NCBI GenBank assembly: GCA_039815465.1
Contig: JBCBZG010000018.1
Location: 21,377-85,376 of the forward strand
Reading direction: 5' to 3'
DNA length: 64,000 nucleotides
Source of the DNA: Pseudomonadota bacterium
GTDB lineage: Bacteria; Pseudomonadota; Alphaproteobacteria; Rhodobacterales; Rhodobacteraceae
Part shown: positions 31,114 to 41,803 of the stretch, in pieces
How positions within the stretch are numbered: the first letter of the stretch is position 1
Layout: each line of letters opens with the position of its first letter
Translations under genes and position numbers: made by a program
The notes under the pieces: model-generated
Told to the model about the DNA's origin: nothing
Seen by the model: only the letters and a program-made list of their open reading frames with translations
Databases searched by the model: none

Positions 31114-31965
31114 CTAGGGTGTGCCTGAGCCGCCGAGGAGCGCCTTCCCCATGCAGTCCTGCACCATGTCGATACCCACACGCACGAGCGGGTCGAGTTT
31201 TCGGCTGACATGGTAGCTGATCCAAATGGGGAGCGTCACACGGTCGGTGATCTCCGGGACCGGGACGAGGTCCGCGTCGGCTTCCCCCATGCTGATGGGC
31301 AGCATCATGGCGACGGGCAGCTGCTTGGCCAGGGACATGGCAAGCGCCAAGCTTTCGATCCAAATCCGCGGGCTGTCTTCGAAATGGTCGCGTAGGGGGC
31401 GCTCGGCGGTGTGTTTGCTGGCGCCGTAGCCGATGGACACCCAGCTGCTGGCGGTCTCGGCATAGGAGCTATGCGCATAGGCGCCGAGGTTGAGCGCGCC
31501 AATGCGCTGGCGTACCAGGCGTCCCTCCTCGGGTTCGTTGAAGCCGACGACGAGGTCGGTTTCGGCATAGGCCAAGCTGCGGGGTTTCACCGAGAGGTCA
31601 AATCGTAATTCTGGGTGCGCCTGGGCAAAGCATGGCAGGGTTTTTAGGCCGCTAATCTCCATCAGGCTGTGGTCGCAGGTCAGCCGCAGCACGGAGCCGG
31701 GCACGGGCCCTTGGTTGGAGCTTGCCTCCAAGCCCGTCAGTTGCCGTTCGGTCCGTTCGGCGATGGAGATCAGATTGCGGCACGTCTCCGTAGGTTCCCA
31801 CGCTTTATCGAGGCGCAAAAATAGGGTTTCCCCCATGGTTTCGGTCAACCGCTCGATCCGCCGGGAGACCGTCGCGACGTTCGTGCGCAGCGCGTGCGCC
31901 GCGCCGCTCATGGTGGAATGCCGATACAAGGCTAAACAAAAACGCAGATCGTCCCAGTGTTGCAT
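31114..31965 (-). CDS. LysR-family transcriptional regulator
   Basis: 283 aa with the N-terminal HTH LRFCLALYRHSTMSGAAHALRTNVATVSRRIERLE. Divergent from the ABC operon. Confidence 0.9.
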   Translation of the reverse strand: MQHWDDLRFCLALYRHSTMSGAAHALRTNVATVSRRIERLTETMGETLFLRLDKAWEPTETCRNLISIAERTERQLTGLEASSNQGPVPGSVLRLTCDHSLMEISGLKTLPCFAQAHPELRFDLSVKPRSLAYAETDLVVGFNEPEEGRLVRQRIGALNLGAYAHSSYAETASSWVSIGYGASKHTAERPLRDHFEDSPRIWIESLALAMSLAKQLPVAMMLPISMGEADADLVPVPEITDRVTLPIWISYHVSRKLDPLVRVGIDMVQDCMGKALLGGSGTP

Positions 31966-32174
31966 ATCCTGCCCCTACATGTGTCTGCCGGGGGTCAACA
32001 TGCCCCCAATACAACGGGAACGCCCAGCACCTTGTCGCGAAAAAGCAGGTTTGCACAAATGTTGATAGGTCACCGACCGGTAGATGCCGCTTTCATAGGA
32101 GGGGGTGGACTCGCCTTTCGCATAGCGGGTGATTTTGGTTGCATTTGGAGGGTGCAGTTGGTTCGATCTGCGTC

Positions 32175-33050
32175 ATGGGTGTGGCGCAAAAGTTTGATCG
32201 GTCGGCGCGCAGCGGCGCGTTGCTTGTGGCGCCGCCGTTCCTTTATGCCATTGCCCTGCTTGCCGTTCCGCTGGCGGCCATCGTCATGTTCAGTTTTTGG
32301 ACGCAGAACTATCTGACGCTGGAAACAGACCCGACGCTCGCCAATTATCGGGAGGCTTGGACGGAGCCGCTTTATGGGTTGCTGCTCCAGCGGTCGCTCA
32401 TCATCTCGGGCGCGGTGACGTTTGCGACGGTCGTGTTGGCCTTTCCCATGGCCTATTACGTGAGCTTTTATGTGAAGCCGGAGCGGAAGTCGCTGTGGCT
32501 GTTTTTGATCACGATCCCGTTTTGGACGAGCTACTTGATCCGCGTGTTCCTGTGGAAGGTGATTTTGGGCTTTAACGGGGTGCTCAATAGCGGGCTCTTG
32601 GGCCTTGGGCTGATCGATGAGCCGCTGACGTTTATCCTCTATAACGCCAATGCCGTCGTGATCACGCTGGCCCACGCGTTCGCGCCATTTGCTATCTTGC
32701 CGATCTTTGTCGCGCTGGAGCGCATAGATCGCTCGCTGATCGAGGCTGCGCGCGACCTCGGCGAAAGCCGTCTGATGACGTTCTGGCGGGTGACGCTGCC
32801 GCTGGCGATGCCCGGTGTGGTGGCGGCAGTGCTGATCGTCTTTATCCCCACCATTGGCGATTACGTCACACCGCGCCTGGTGGGCGGGCCCAACGGGCTG
32901 ATGATTGCCAATATGATCCAGACGCAGTTCCTCAAGCTCAACAACGCGCCCATGGGGGCGGCGCTCGCTGTGATTGCGATGCTGAGCGTGTCGGTGATCG
33001 CGCTGCTTTTTGTGTGGGCCAACCGCAAGTTCCTGAGGGTCAAGCAATGA
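32175..33050 (+). CDS. ABC transporter permease (PotB-like)
   Basis: Trimmed to ATG 32175. Six-TM protein with the EAA-type loop IEAARDLGESRLMTFWRVTLP. Confidence 0.88.
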   Translation: MGVAQKFDRSARSGALLVAPPFLYAIALLAVPLAAIVMFSFWTQNYLTLETDPTLANYREAWTEPLYGLLLQRSLIISGAVTFATVVLAFPMAYYVSFYVKPERKSLWLFLITIPFWTSYLIRVFLWKVILGFNGVLNSGLLGLGLIDEPLTFILYNANAVVITLAHAFAPFAILPIFVALERIDRSLIEAARDLGESRLMTFWRVTLPLAMPGVVAAVLIVFIPTIGDYVTPRLVGGPNGLMIANMIQTQFLKLNNAPMGAALAVIAMLSVSVIALLFVWANRKFLRVKQ

Positions 33051-33847
33051 GCCTGCGTGTCTATGCCATTGCGTATCTCGTGTTCCTTTACGCGCCGATC
33101 CTTTTGCTGCCGCTCTTTGCGTTCAACGATTCCACAATCATCGCCTTCCCGCTCAAGGGGTTCACGTTTGGCTGGTTTGTGGAGCTGTGGGAGACGCAAG
33201 CGCTGCATGATGCGGTGAAGAATTCGCTGACGATTGCGGTGCTGACGGCTGTGTTTTCGACCCTTTTGGGGATTTGCGCGGCGCGGGCGTCGGCGAAGTA
33301 TCAGTTCCCATTCAAGGGCGCGATCATGGGGTTGATCATGGTGCCGCTTGTCCTGCCGGAGATCATCGTGGGGGTCTCTCTGCTGGTTGTCGTGGTGCAG
33401 ATCCTGGACTGGAACCTGAGCATGTGGACGGTTGTGTTTGCCCATGTATTGATCTGCACGCCCTTTTCCATCGCGATCCTGAACGGGGCGTTTCAGAACA
33501 TGGACACGTCGTTGGAGGAGGCCGCGCAGGATCTGGGGGAGACGCCCCTGTCGACGTTTCGGCTGGTGACGCTGCCGCTGGTGGCGCCGGGCATCATCTC
33601 CTCCCTCCTGATTTCGTTCACGATCAGTTTGGATGAGTTCATCATCGCGTTCTTTTTGACGGGCTCGGAGCCTACGATGCCGGTCTATATCTGGGGGCTC
33701 CTGCGGTTCCCGCAAAAGCTGCCGGCGGTGATGGCGCTGGGGACAATCCTGGTGGTGTTGTCGATCGTGCTCTTGGTCGTCGCTGAATACTTCCGCCGCC
33801 GCGGCCTCGCGCGGGCGGGGCTGAAAGACAAAGGAGGCTTTCTGTGA
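33047..33847 (+). CDS. ABC transporter permease (PotC-like)
   Basis: ATG 33047 overlaps the upstream TGA (ATGA). Loop motif EEAAQDLGETPLSTFRLVTLP. Confidence 0.88.
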   Translation: MSLRVYAIAYLVFLYAPILLLPLFAFNDSTIIAFPLKGFTFGWFVELWETQALHDAVKNSLTIAVLTAVFSTLLGICAARASAKYQFPFKGAIMGLIMVPLVLPEIIVGVSLLVVVVQILDWNLSMWTVVFAHVLICTPFSIAILNGAFQNMDTSLEEAAQDLGETPLSTFRLVTLPLVAPGIISSLLISFTISLDEFIIAFFLTGSEPTMPVYIWGLLRFPQKLPAVMALGTILVVLSIVLLVVAEYFRRRGLARAGLKDKGGFL

Positions 33848-34932
33848 CAAAGCCCATTATCGAGCTCTCAGGCGTTGAGAAGTATTACGGCGATTACCAT
33901 GCGCTGCGGGACATCTCTTTGAACATCGCGGAGGGGGAGTTTTTCTCGCTTCTGGGACCGTCGGGCTGCGGGAAGACGACGCTGCTCCGCGCGATTGCGG
34001 GGTTTGAGGATGTAAGCGCAGGGGGGCTGCACCTGGGCGGGGCCGATATGGCGGGGGTGCCGCCCAATAAGCGGCCCACGAATATGGTGTTCCAGAGCTA
34101 TGCAATCTTCCCCCATCTCAATGTGGCAGAAAATGTGGCCTTTGGCCTACGCAAGCGCGGCCTGAGCGCGGCGGAGCGGGACGCAAAGGTCGTGGAGGCG
34201 CTGGAGATGGTGGGGCTCGGCGGGTATGGCGCGCGGGCGGCCCATGCGCTGTCGGGCGGGCAACGCCAGCGGGTGGCGCTGGCGCGGGCGCTGGTGCTCC
34301 AACCTAAGGTGCTGTTGCTCGATGAGCCGCTCTCGGCGCTGGACAAAAAGATGCGCGAGCAGATGCAGGGGGAGCTGCGGCGGCTGCAGCGGCAGGTGGG
34401 GATCACGTTTATCCTGGTGACCCATGATCAGGAGGAAGCGCTGATCATGTCCGACCGCATCGCGGTGATGTTTGAGGGGCGGATTGCGCAGGTGGCCGCG
34501 CCGCAAGAGCTCTACCGGCGACCAAAGACCCGGCAGGTGGCCGATTTTATCGGGGTGATGAACTTTTTGCCCGCCCAGGCGCGGGTGGTGGGCGACGCCA
34601 CGGAGGTGGAGATCGCCGGGCTGGGGGCAGCCACGCTGCAACCCGATCAGTGCCCCGGCGGGCCAGTGTCCGGGGCCGCGCAGGTGGGGATCAGGCCCGA
34701 GCTTTTGACACTGCTCTACGACGCGCCCGCGCCGGGGATGAGCGTGGCGGAGGGCGAGGTGGTGGAGCAGTCCTACTACGGCGACATGACCTATTACGAC
34801 GTGGCGCTGCCGGGCGTGCCCGAGCCGCTGACGCTATCGATGAAAAACACCGTTGGCCGCCCGGTGCTGGACCGTGGCGCCAAGGCGCAGGTCGCCTGGG
34901 ACGCCCGGGCCTTGGTGCTACTCTCGGACTAG
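33844..34932 (+). CDS. ABC transporter ATP-binding protein (PotA/FbpC-like)
   Basis: 362 aa with a GTGA overlap. Walker A GPSGCGKTT, signature LSGGQRQRVALARAL, Walker B LLLDEP. Confidence 0.93.
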   Translation: MTKPIIELSGVEKYYGDYHALRDISLNIAEGEFFSLLGPSGCGKTTLLRAIAGFEDVSAGGLHLGGADMAGVPPNKRPTNMVFQSYAIFPHLNVAENVAFGLRKRGLSAAERDAKVVEALEMVGLGGYGARAAHALSGGQRQRVALARALVLQPKVLLLDEPLSALDKKMREQMQGELRRLQRQVGITFILVTHDQEEALIMSDRIAVMFEGRIAQVAAPQELYRRPKTRQVADFIGVMNFLPAQARVVGDATEVEIAGLGAATLQPDQCPGGPVSGAAQVGIRPELLTLLYDAPAPGMSVAEGEVVEQSYYGDMTYYDVALPGVPEPLTLSMKNTVGRPVLDRGAKAQVAWDARALVLLSD

Positions 34933-34984
34933 GGCGCCGATTTCTTTCAAAGAAATCGGTCCGAAATCTTTGTAAGATTTCGGC

Positions 34985-35608
34985 TCACCGGTCCTGATCG
35001 GCGGGGATGAGACCGAGGCCGCGCAGGTAGATGCCGATCCCAGTTTCCAACAGGTCCTCGGGCGGGAACGGGCTTTTGGTGCCGGGCGAACCGCGGGCGT
35101 AAAGTTCCACCACGCCGTGGCTCATAGCCCACACATGGGCCGAAAACATCTGCGGCGGTGGGCGTTTTTCGGGTGGGATATGTTGCGACAGCTCAGCCGC
35201 GGAGCGTTCGAGGACGCCCGTTGCCCGCGCGGACGCCGCGGCGAGTTCGGGCGTGCGCTGCATCGAGATCCCGCTTTCAAACATGGCCACGTAGTGGCCC
35301 GGGAACTTGCGCGCAAAGGCCAGGTAGGCGCGGCCTACCGTCTCGAACGACGCAAGCGCGGACGGCTGCCCCTTTTCATAGGCGTGTTCCATCAGGTCGG
35401 CAAAGATCACAAAGCCCTGGCGTGCGGCTTCTGCAATGAGGTCATCGCGGCCTTCGAAGTGGCGATAGACGGCCGCGGGCGTCACGCCCGCGCTTTTGGC
35501 GGCCTCCGACAGGGTAAAGCCGGTGGGACCTTTTTCCTCCGTCAGGCGCAGGGCTGCGTCGACGAGGGCCTGGCGCAGGTTGCCGTGGTGATAGCCGCGT
35601 TTAGGCAT
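34985..35608 (-). CDS. TetR-family transcriptional regulator
   Basis: Trimmed to [15 protein letters not shown]...[21 protein letters not shown]. The ATG overlaps the ppk2 stop by 8 nt. Confidence 0.9.
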   Translation of the reverse strand: MPKRGYHHGNLRQALVDAALRLTEEKGPTGFTLSEAAKSAGVTPAAVYRHFEGRDDLIAEAARQGFVIFADLMEHAYEKGQPSALASFETVGRAYLAFARKFPGHYVAMFESGISMQRTPELAAASARATGVLERSAAELSQHIPPEKRPPPQMFSAHVWAMSHGVVELYARGSPGTKSPFPPEDLLETGIGIYLRGLGLIPADQDR

Positions 35609-36467
35609 GCCAGAGGTCGATCCCTCCGGCGACTTGAGCGTCGGCGGTCCCAAGAGCCGCGTCATCGCGCCCGGCGTAGTCGAAGCGCGTCAGCACGGAC
35701 CGGATCGCTGCCAGCCGCGCGCGGCGTTTGTCGTCGGAGCGGACGATGGTCCAGGGGCAGGGGCTGTCGGTGCGCGTGAGTGTCTCGCCAATGGCGTCGG
35801 TATACGCGTCCCAGCGGTTCAGCCCCTCCACATCGATCCAGCTGAGTTTCCACTGTTTGAGCGGGTCAGCCTCCCGGTCGAGGAAGCGTTTGAGCTGTGT
35901 GGCGCGCCCGACGTTGAGCCAAAGTTTGATCAGGTGGAGCCCGTCGCCGGTGAGCATGTCCTCGAACGGGCCCACCTGCGAAAACCACTGTGCGCGTTGG
36001 GCGGGCGTGCAGAACTCAAACACGTGTTCGACGACGCCGCGGTTGTACCAGGAGCGGTCGAAGAACACGATTTCGCCCGCGGCGGGGAGCTGGGCGATGT
36101 AGCGCTGGAAGTACCAGCTAGCGGCCTCCCGGTCTGAGGGTTTCGACAGGGCCACCACGCGCGCGGATCGCGGATTCAGGTTCTCGCGGAAGCGTTTGAT
36201 CGCGCCGCCCTTACCCGCGGCGTCGCGGCCTTCGAACACGATGGCCACGCGTTGACCGGTGTCTTTGACCCAGGCCAGGAATTTGACGAGCTCGATCTGG
36301 AGCGCGCTGTAGGCGGCCTCGTACTCCTTGCGGCCCATGCGTTTGGCGTAGGGGTAGCTGGGTTCCAGGATCGCGCCTTTGCGGGCGTCCTGGATCGCCG
36401 CGCGCACAGACTGCGGGGCGTGATCCTCGAAATAGCGTGTGATGCCTGCGTCGAACGGTTTTGCCAT
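35601..36467 (-). CDS. ppk2: polyphosphate kinase 2
   Basis: 288 aa with [15 protein letters not shown] (PPK2 Walker A) and FDRSWYNR motifs. Confidence 0.92.
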   Translation of the reverse strand: MAKPFDAGITRYFEDHAPQSVRAAIQDARKGAILEPSYPYAKRMGRKEYEAAYSALQIELVKFLAWVKDTGQRVAIVFEGRDAAGKGGAIKRFRENLNPRSARVVALSKPSDREAASWYFQRYIAQLPAAGEIVFFDRSWYNRGVVEHVFEFCTPAQRAQWFSQVGPFEDMLTGDGLHLIKLWLNVGRATQLKRFLDREADPLKQWKLSWIDVEGLNRWDAYTDAIGETLTRTDSPCPWTIVRSDDKRRARLAAIRSVLTRFDYAGRDDAALGTADAQVAGGIDLWHA

Positions 36468-36511
36468 GTGATTTTCTCCCGCCGTTTGCGGAATATGGGC
36501 GCGCGGGGCGC

Positions 36512-37483
36512 TTAGCGCAATCCGGCGCGGGTCGCAGCGCGATCAATGGCGGCGAGTGTGGCGTCTGGGTCCACGTGGTGGGGCATATGGCCCACGCCTT
36601 CGAGCACGGTCAGGTTTGCGCCCGGCACCTGGGTCGACAGCGGGACGGAGTGGACCGTGAGCGGCACGATCGTGTCCGCGTCCCCGTGGATAATTTCGAG
36701 CGGCACATCGATGGCGCCATAGCCCGGGACCATGTCGATGATGTGGGGTTTGAGCCCGTGGACCTGTCGCCCATTGGCGCGCAGCGGTTCGCGCCGCGCG
36801 GTCATGCGGGGGCCGAAGTGGTCGGCGTAGCCCGCGGGCGGGTCTTGCGGGGCAAAGGTGCCTGCCACGCTCGCGTCGATATAGCTTTGGGGCACAAAGG
36901 CCACCGCGAGCGCATTGAGCAGCGCGCCACCGATGGGAGAGGCTGTGATGTTGTAAAACTGGCCGACGCCGCCCTCCCATTCATTGGACACGCCTGCGAG
37001 CATCACGATGCCGCTTAGGTTTTCGGGTCGCTCCAGGGCCCAGGCCATGGCGACGGCGCCGCCGAAGGAATGGCCCACGACGATCGGGGCGTCGGCGCCA
37101 AGCGCGGCGGCGGTTGCTTGTAACAGGCGCGCCTGGTCCTGCGGGCTTTCGGCGTCGCGCGACCAGATGGAATAGCCTGGCTTGCGGCCTGACCATCCCT
37201 GGCCGGGGCGGTCGATGGCGATGACGCGGTAGGTCGGGGCGAGTTGGTCCATGAGCGCAAAGGTGAAATCCCGGCTCGACCCGCCTGCGCCGTGGATCAG
37301 CACCACGTCGGGCCCGTCGCCGCGCACCACGGCGTGCATGCGCACGCCGTCTGCCATGACGAATTGCCCTTCTGGCGGGTAGGCGGCTTCGGCCGCGCGC
37401 TCATTGGCGGCGGCGATGGCGCGCACGCCGAGCACACCGGCACCGGCGAGAAGCGCGAGGAGGATCAGTGTCTTAACGGCCAA
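36512..37483 (-). CDS. alpha/beta hydrolase with N-terminal membrane anchor/signal
   Basis: 323 aa with [10 protein letters not shown], the nucleophile elbow GHSFGG and a C-terminal GVGHMPHH. Confidence 0.85.
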   Translation of the reverse strand: MAVKTLILLALLAGAGVLGVRAIAAANERAAEAAYPPEGQFVMADGVRMHAVVRGDGPDVVLIHGAGGSSRDFTFALMDQLAPTYRVIAIDRPGQGWSGRKPGYSIWSRDAESPQDQARLLQATAAALGADAPIVVGHSFGGAVAMAWALERPENLSGIVMLAGVSNEWEGGVGQFYNITASPIGGALLNALAVAFVPQSYIDASVAGTFAPQDPPAGYADHFGPRMTARREPLRANGRQVHGLKPHIIDMVPGYGAIDVPLEIIHGDADTIVPLTVHSVPLSTQVPGANLTVLEGVGHMPHHVDPDATLAAIDRAATRAGLR

Positions 37484-38387
37484 TTTTGCTCATATCGAAT
37501 GGCGTGGTCTGGTAGATTTGGTTCAACCAGTTGCCATATAGGAGATGTGCGTGGCTGCGCCAGCGGTTCTGGGGATGTGCCGTTGGGTCATCCCCGGGAT
37601 AATAGTTCCCGGGCACGTTGATCGGCTTACCCGAGGCCACGTCGCGGTCATATTCCTGCTTGAGCGTCCCGCTGTCGTATTCAAAGTGGTTGAGGATATA
37701 GAGCGCGTTGTGCGCGGCATCCTCGATCAGGCAGGGGCCAGTTTCGTCGGAGCCGAGGAGCACGGTCAGACCCGCGTCTTCGACCTCATGGGTGCGGTTT
37801 TCGGTCCAGCGGCTCACGGGTACGACACAGTCATCTGAGAACCCCCGCAGAAACGGAGAGGCGGGCGCGAGGTTGGCATGGCGGAAGCAGCCGAATGCCT
37901 TTTTCGGCAGGATATGCTTTGGGACCCGGTGGAAATGCCACATCATCGCCATCCCCCCCCAGCAGACGCCAAAGGTGGACTGCACGTTGGTCTGGGTCCA
38001 ATCCATCACCTCGCGCAGCTCGTCCCAATAGGTCACATCCTCGAAATCGAGATGCTCGATCGGGGCGCCGGTGATGATGAGCCCATCGAACCGCTCGCCT
38101 TTGACCTCCTGAAAGGGGCGGTAGAACGCCTCCATATGTTCGGCGGCGGTGTTCTTGGTCTTGTGCTCGCTCATGCGGATCAGGTGGAATTCGATCTGGA
38201 GCGGCGTGGCGCCAATGAGACGGGCGAACTGCGTTTCCGTCTGGATCTTTTTCGGCATGAGGTTGAGGAGCGCGATGCGCAGCGGGCGGATGTCCTGACG
38301 CGCGGCTTCGCCTTCGTCCATGACCATGACGCCCTCGTTGGTGAGGACGTTATAAGCGGGCAGGTCGGACGGCAGCTTGATCGGCAT
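37473..38387 (-). CDS. metA: homoserine O-acyltransferase (MetA family)
   Basis: 304 aa. [20 protein letters not shown]...[14 protein letters not shown]...GVCWGG is the MetA signature. Confidence 0.93.
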   Translation of the reverse strand: MPIKLPSDLPAYNVLTNEGVMVMDEGEAARQDIRPLRIALLNLMPKKIQTETQFARLIGATPLQIEFHLIRMSEHKTKNTAAEHMEAFYRPFQEVKGERFDGLIITGAPIEHLDFEDVTYWDELREVMDWTQTNVQSTFGVCWGGMAMMWHFHRVPKHILPKKAFGCFRHANLAPASPFLRGFSDDCVVPVSRWTENRTHEVEDAGLTVLLGSDETGPCLIEDAAHNALYILNHFEYDSGTLKQEYDRDVASGKPINVPGNYYPGDDPTAHPQNRWRSHAHLLYGNWLNQIYQTTPFDMSKIGR

Positions 38388-38416
38388 GGGGGCTCTCGCT
38401 GTGGTGGAGCGACGGT

Positions 38417-39286
38417 TTAGGCCGCTTTGATGCGGGCTTCAATGGCGTCGGCCACGGCCTGGACGAAGTCCGCCTCGGAGGAGATCGTCTCGAACACCTC
38501 GCCGGGGATGGTGACACCCCAGTCGGCCATGGCCGCGTAGCGTGGCTGGCGGTGGGCGAGCGCGCGGGCATAGGTCCAGCGGACGAAGGCGTCGGGGTCG
38601 ACCTGCGCTTCTGTTTCGCCGGTCTCTGCGAGGTAGGTTTGCCAGGCGTTGGTGAGGAACTCTGGCTGGTAGCACATCGGCTTTGGGTCGCGGTCGAAGC
38701 GCTCGATGAGGGCTGCTGTGTGGGCGTCGCTTCCCTTAATCCAGATTGGGAGCATCGACTTGGAAAGCTCTGATAATACGGGGTCATTGGGGTTCGTGGC
38801 GTCCACGATCTCGCAGAGGGACCCGCTCGAGTCACAGATGAAGTTGGGGTAGCCGTACAGCCCTTTCGCTTTGTCGGAAAACCAGATCGCATCGAGCGTC
38901 GCGTCGCGTTCGGCCCCGTGGTGGAGCGTTTGGCGGCGTTCATATTCCGCGAGCGTCAGGCCGCCCTTGGCCGGGTCGCCGGGTTTCCCCAGATAGGTGC
39001 TGAGCGGTGCCAAGTTTTCGAAGGTGATGTTGGAGGCGACGTAGATTGAGTCCGACAGCAAAAGCTCGGCGAGGAACGGGTTCTTCATCGCCTCCGCCTT
39101 AAAGTTATCTGCGATGTGTTCGCCCATGTAGCGCGTGCCGATGCGGTAATCGACGGAGTAGTGGAACCAGTTCCCGCCCGCGCGCAGGATGCGGGAGACA
39201 TAGGTTTTCCCAAGGCCCGACATCGCAAAAAGGCACACACGCTTTTCGGGGGCGTCGCGCCAGGCGCTGGCTGAGGGGTAGAGCAT
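38417..39286 (-). CDS. uncharacterised P-loop-like protein
   Basis: 289 aa with the N-terminal Walker-A-like motif [13 protein letters not shown] recognise no other family signature. Its stop lies 29 nt upstream of the metA start. Confidence 0.7.
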   Translation of the reverse strand: MLYPSASAWRDAPEKRVCLFAMSGLGKTYVSRILRAGGNWFHYSVDYRIGTRYMGEHIADNFKAEAMKNPFLAELLLSDSIYVASNITFENLAPLSTYLGKPGDPAKGGLTLAEYERRQTLHHGAERDATLDAIWFSDKAKGLYGYPNFICDSSGSLCEIVDATNPNDPVLSELSKSMLPIWIKGSDAHTAALIERFDRDPKPMCYQPEFLTNAWQTYLAETGETEAQVDPDAFVRWTYARALAHRQPRYAAMADWGVTIPGEVFETISSEADFVQAVADAIEARIKAA

Positions 39287-39342
39287 GGGGGCCTCCGTTG
39301 TCGCTGCGCTGTGATAGCGGCGCGCGCGGCGGCGGGAAAGAG

Positions 39343-40242
39343 CTAACGGCGTAGCGGGAGGCGCCCTGACAGGATCAAAAGTCCGAGTGCGAGCACGCCA
39401 AACCCTAGGAGCGCGCGGGAGGCGAGTGTCTCCCCCAGAAAGAGGGTGCCGAGCACGATGGCCACGGGCGCCACGAGCAGCGTGCAGAGCATCACGTTGC
39501 CCGAGCCCGCCGCCGCAAGGACCCGGTAGTAGAGCGCGTAGGCGAGCGCAGTGGCGAGCAGCGTGAGGTAAGCCAGCGCCAGCACCGTGTGCAGATCGAG
39601 GGCGAGCTGGATAGGCCCCTCGACCGTCCAGGCCACGGGCACCATGAGCGCCGTGGAGGCCGTGAGCATCCCCGCCGCTGCTACAAGCGGGTGCACGCCC
39701 GCGAGGAACCGCCGCGCCCAGACGCCTGCGAGGGCGTATGAGATCGTGGAAGCCACCACTGCGAGTTGCGCGATATTGCGCGGGTCAAAGGCCGTGAGGC
39801 TTTGGAGCCCGATGGCCGTGGCCACGCCCAAAAAGCCCAGCATGACCCCGACAAGCCGCGGCAGCGTCAGTCGTTCATCGGCCATAAAGAGCGCGGCGAT
39901 CAGCACCCCCCACACCGCCGTGCCCGCGTTCAGGATCGCCGTGAGCCCACTTTCGATATGGAGCTGCCCCCAGGCTTGGAGCGTGAACGGGATGGCGTTG
40001 TTGAGGATGCCCATGCCGATGAACCCGATCAGCACCCGCCGCCCGCGCGGGATTGGCAGGCGCGCGACCAGCACGACGAGCCAAAGCGCGAGCGCGGCCC
40101 AAAACACGCGGTGGGCTACAATGGTGAGCGGCCCAAGCGCGTCGAGCGCCACGCGAACATTGAGAAACGTCCCACCCCAAAGCAGGCTGAGCGCGGCAAG
40201 CTGGCCCCAAGCAGAGGCGGTCATGGTCTGTTGCTGTGTCAT
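39343..40242 (-). CDS. DMT-superfamily (EamA-like) transporter
   Basis: 299 aa with a ten-TM pattern and duplicated EamA-type halves. Confidence 0.88.
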   Translation of the reverse strand: MTQQQTMTASAWGQLAALSLLWGGTFLNVRVALDALGPLTIVAHRVFWAALALWLVVLVARLPIPRGRRVLIGFIGMGILNNAIPFTLQAWGQLHIESGLTAILNAGTAVWGVLIAALFMADERLTLPRLVGVMLGFLGVATAIGLQSLTAFDPRNIAQLAVVASTISYALAGVWARRFLAGVHPLVAAAGMLTASTALMVPVAWTVEGPIQLALDLHTVLALAYLTLLATALAYALYYRVLAAAGSGNVMLCTLLVAPVAIVLGTLFLGETLASRALLGFGVLALGLLILSGRLPLRR

Positions 40243-40292
40243 GAAACGCGCTTAGCAGAGCGGGCAGGGCGAGCCAGCCCGAAACCTGCGCA

Positions 40293-40326
40293 AAGAAAGA
40301 CCCCGGCCGCGAGGGGCCGGGGTTTT
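40293..40326 (-). terminator. intrinsic terminator of the fadL-like gene
   Basis: The minus strand reads accccggcc-cctcgc-ggccggggt followed by ctttctttg. Confidence 0.5.
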
Positions 40327-40347
40327 GAGTGCGGGTTTGCGCGACGT

Positions 40348-41691
40348 TTAGAAGCTCCACTGAGCCTGGAAGCCGACCCCTACAACGCTGTTGTCGGTGG
40401 AACGCGCAAAGGTGTTACCACCTGCTGTCAAATCAGCGTCGCCTGGGATCGTATAGTTGACGCCGCCGGAAAGGATCGCATCATCGGTCTCGTAACGCAG
40501 GCCAACGGTCAAGCCGATCAAGCCATCCGTTGGCCCGAGCGGGGAGACACCGCTGTTGCTGGCGTCTTCATAAGACAGCGTCACTGATCCCGCGAGCTCG
40601 TCGCTGAAGCGGCGTGCAACGCCCAAACGGTAGGAGTACGAGTCACCCAGGTCAGCAAGGTCCGTGTTGATCCGGGCCGGTGTGACGTCAAAAGCGCCCC
40701 ATTCAGCCCAGCGAACGCTCGCTGTCAGGAGCGTGTCGGCTGCGATCCCAGTCTGGAAATCCAGATTGATCGATTGAGGCGTCTCGAATTCGATGTCGTT
40801 CGTTGATGCGGCGCCAGAAGTGATGATCGCATTCTGCTCCGTTGCGGATGTGTCATGGGTGATCCCGCTATGATACGTGATCGCCGCACGCAGGGCGATA
40901 TCTGGAATCTCATACGCGGCGCCGATGGAGTACCCGACCCCGTAGCTGCTTTCGATGTCCACAGTGTAGCCACCGCCCGCAATTGAAGCGCCAGCGAGGG
41001 TTTGAACATCAGCGGCTGTATCAACATTCAGGCCTGCTGGATTTGCGCCGCCGAGGAACGCTGCAAGAGCGGCGTTCCCCGCGATTGTACCGTCATATGC
41101 CGCGACTGCTGCCGCGTTGCCAGCGGCCGCTCCTTGCACAACCTGTTCCGATAGAGTTGCAGGACGACCGCCCCCGGCAAAGAAGCCTGCGATCAGCTGT
41201 TCGGCAGCACCAGCCGCAAAACCAGCGTTGTAGGATTGTCCGCCCAGTGCAACATCGCCTTGCGCCTGCTGAAGCCGCAGCCCACCAAACACGCTCACGT
41301 TGCCGTTCACCTTGTAACGACCATACATGCTGATGGCGTTGGTGCTGATGTCGGCCTTGGTTCCGCCAAACGAACTGGTCGCCTGTGGAGCGTCATAGTT
41401 CACGGCAGCGCCGAATGGCTGGTCGAACACCAGGGTCATGCTGAGCTGATCATTGACCTCGCGCGTATAGGTTGCGCCGATCTGTGTATAGGATTCCGCC
41501 GGGGAATATGTCGTCGCCGTCCCGGTGTCCGCAGCGTTGATGGACGGATTGACCACCCCAAAGCTGAACGACGTGGCGCCGTTCTCATTGAAGATCGCCC
41601 CGGTGCCCTGGCCTGAGCGGTCAAGCCCGCCGGCCATGGCTCCGCTTGTCATCCCTACAAGCGCAACGGTCGATAAAAGCAACTTTTTCAT
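40348..41691 (-). CDS. outer-membrane transport protein, OmpP1/FadL/TodX family
   Basis: 447 aa with a signal peptide (...SGAMAGG). The GGLDRSGQGTGAIFNENG start is typical of the family, and the barrel terminus is ...GFQAQWSF. Confidence 0.8.
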   Translation of the reverse strand: MKKLLLSTVALVGMTSGAMAGGLDRSGQGTGAIFNENGATSFSFGVVNPSINAADTGTATTYSPAESYTQIGATYTREVNDQLSMTLVFDQPFGAAVNYDAPQATSSFGGTKADISTNAISMYGRYKVNGNVSVFGGLRLQQAQGDVALGGQSYNAGFAAGAAEQLIAGFFAGGGRPATLSEQVVQGAAAGNAAAVAAYDGTIAGNAALAAFLGGANPAGLNVDTAADVQTLAGASIAGGGYTVDIESSYGVGYSIGAAYEIPDIALRAAITYHSGITHDTSATEQNAIITSGAASTNDIEFETPQSINLDFQTGIAADTLLTASVRWAEWGAFDVTPARINTDLADLGDSYSYRLGVARRFSDELAGSVTLSYEDASNSGVSPLGPTDGLIGLTVGLRYETDDAILSGGVNYTIPGDADLTAGGNTFARSTDNSVVGVGFQAQWSF

Positions 41692-41803
41692 GGTACAGTC
41701 CTCCCTGCCACGCTCCCTAGTGGCTGTTGGTAACTTTATTGCGGCAAAAGCTTATTTTTGGTCAAACCATGACGCCGCGTCAGTCGGAGGTCGTCACGTA
41801 CCG

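Noticed and set aside
32070-33850. Two ~325-aa minus-strand ORFs (His/Arg/Gln/Asp-rich) antisense to the ABC permeases
   Set aside because: Their composition is extreme (runs of RH, QR, DR), and the sense-strand permeases have clear TM and EAA-loop features. Similar artefacts include 3351-4484, 5891-7000, 10232-11209, 18133-19347 and 59880-61307.
38388-39342. SAM-II (metA-type) riboswitch upstream of metA or of the P-loop gene
   Set aside because: The metA leader is only 29 nt. The 56-nt leader of the upstream gene shows no SAM-II-like pseudoknot elements that I could recognise.
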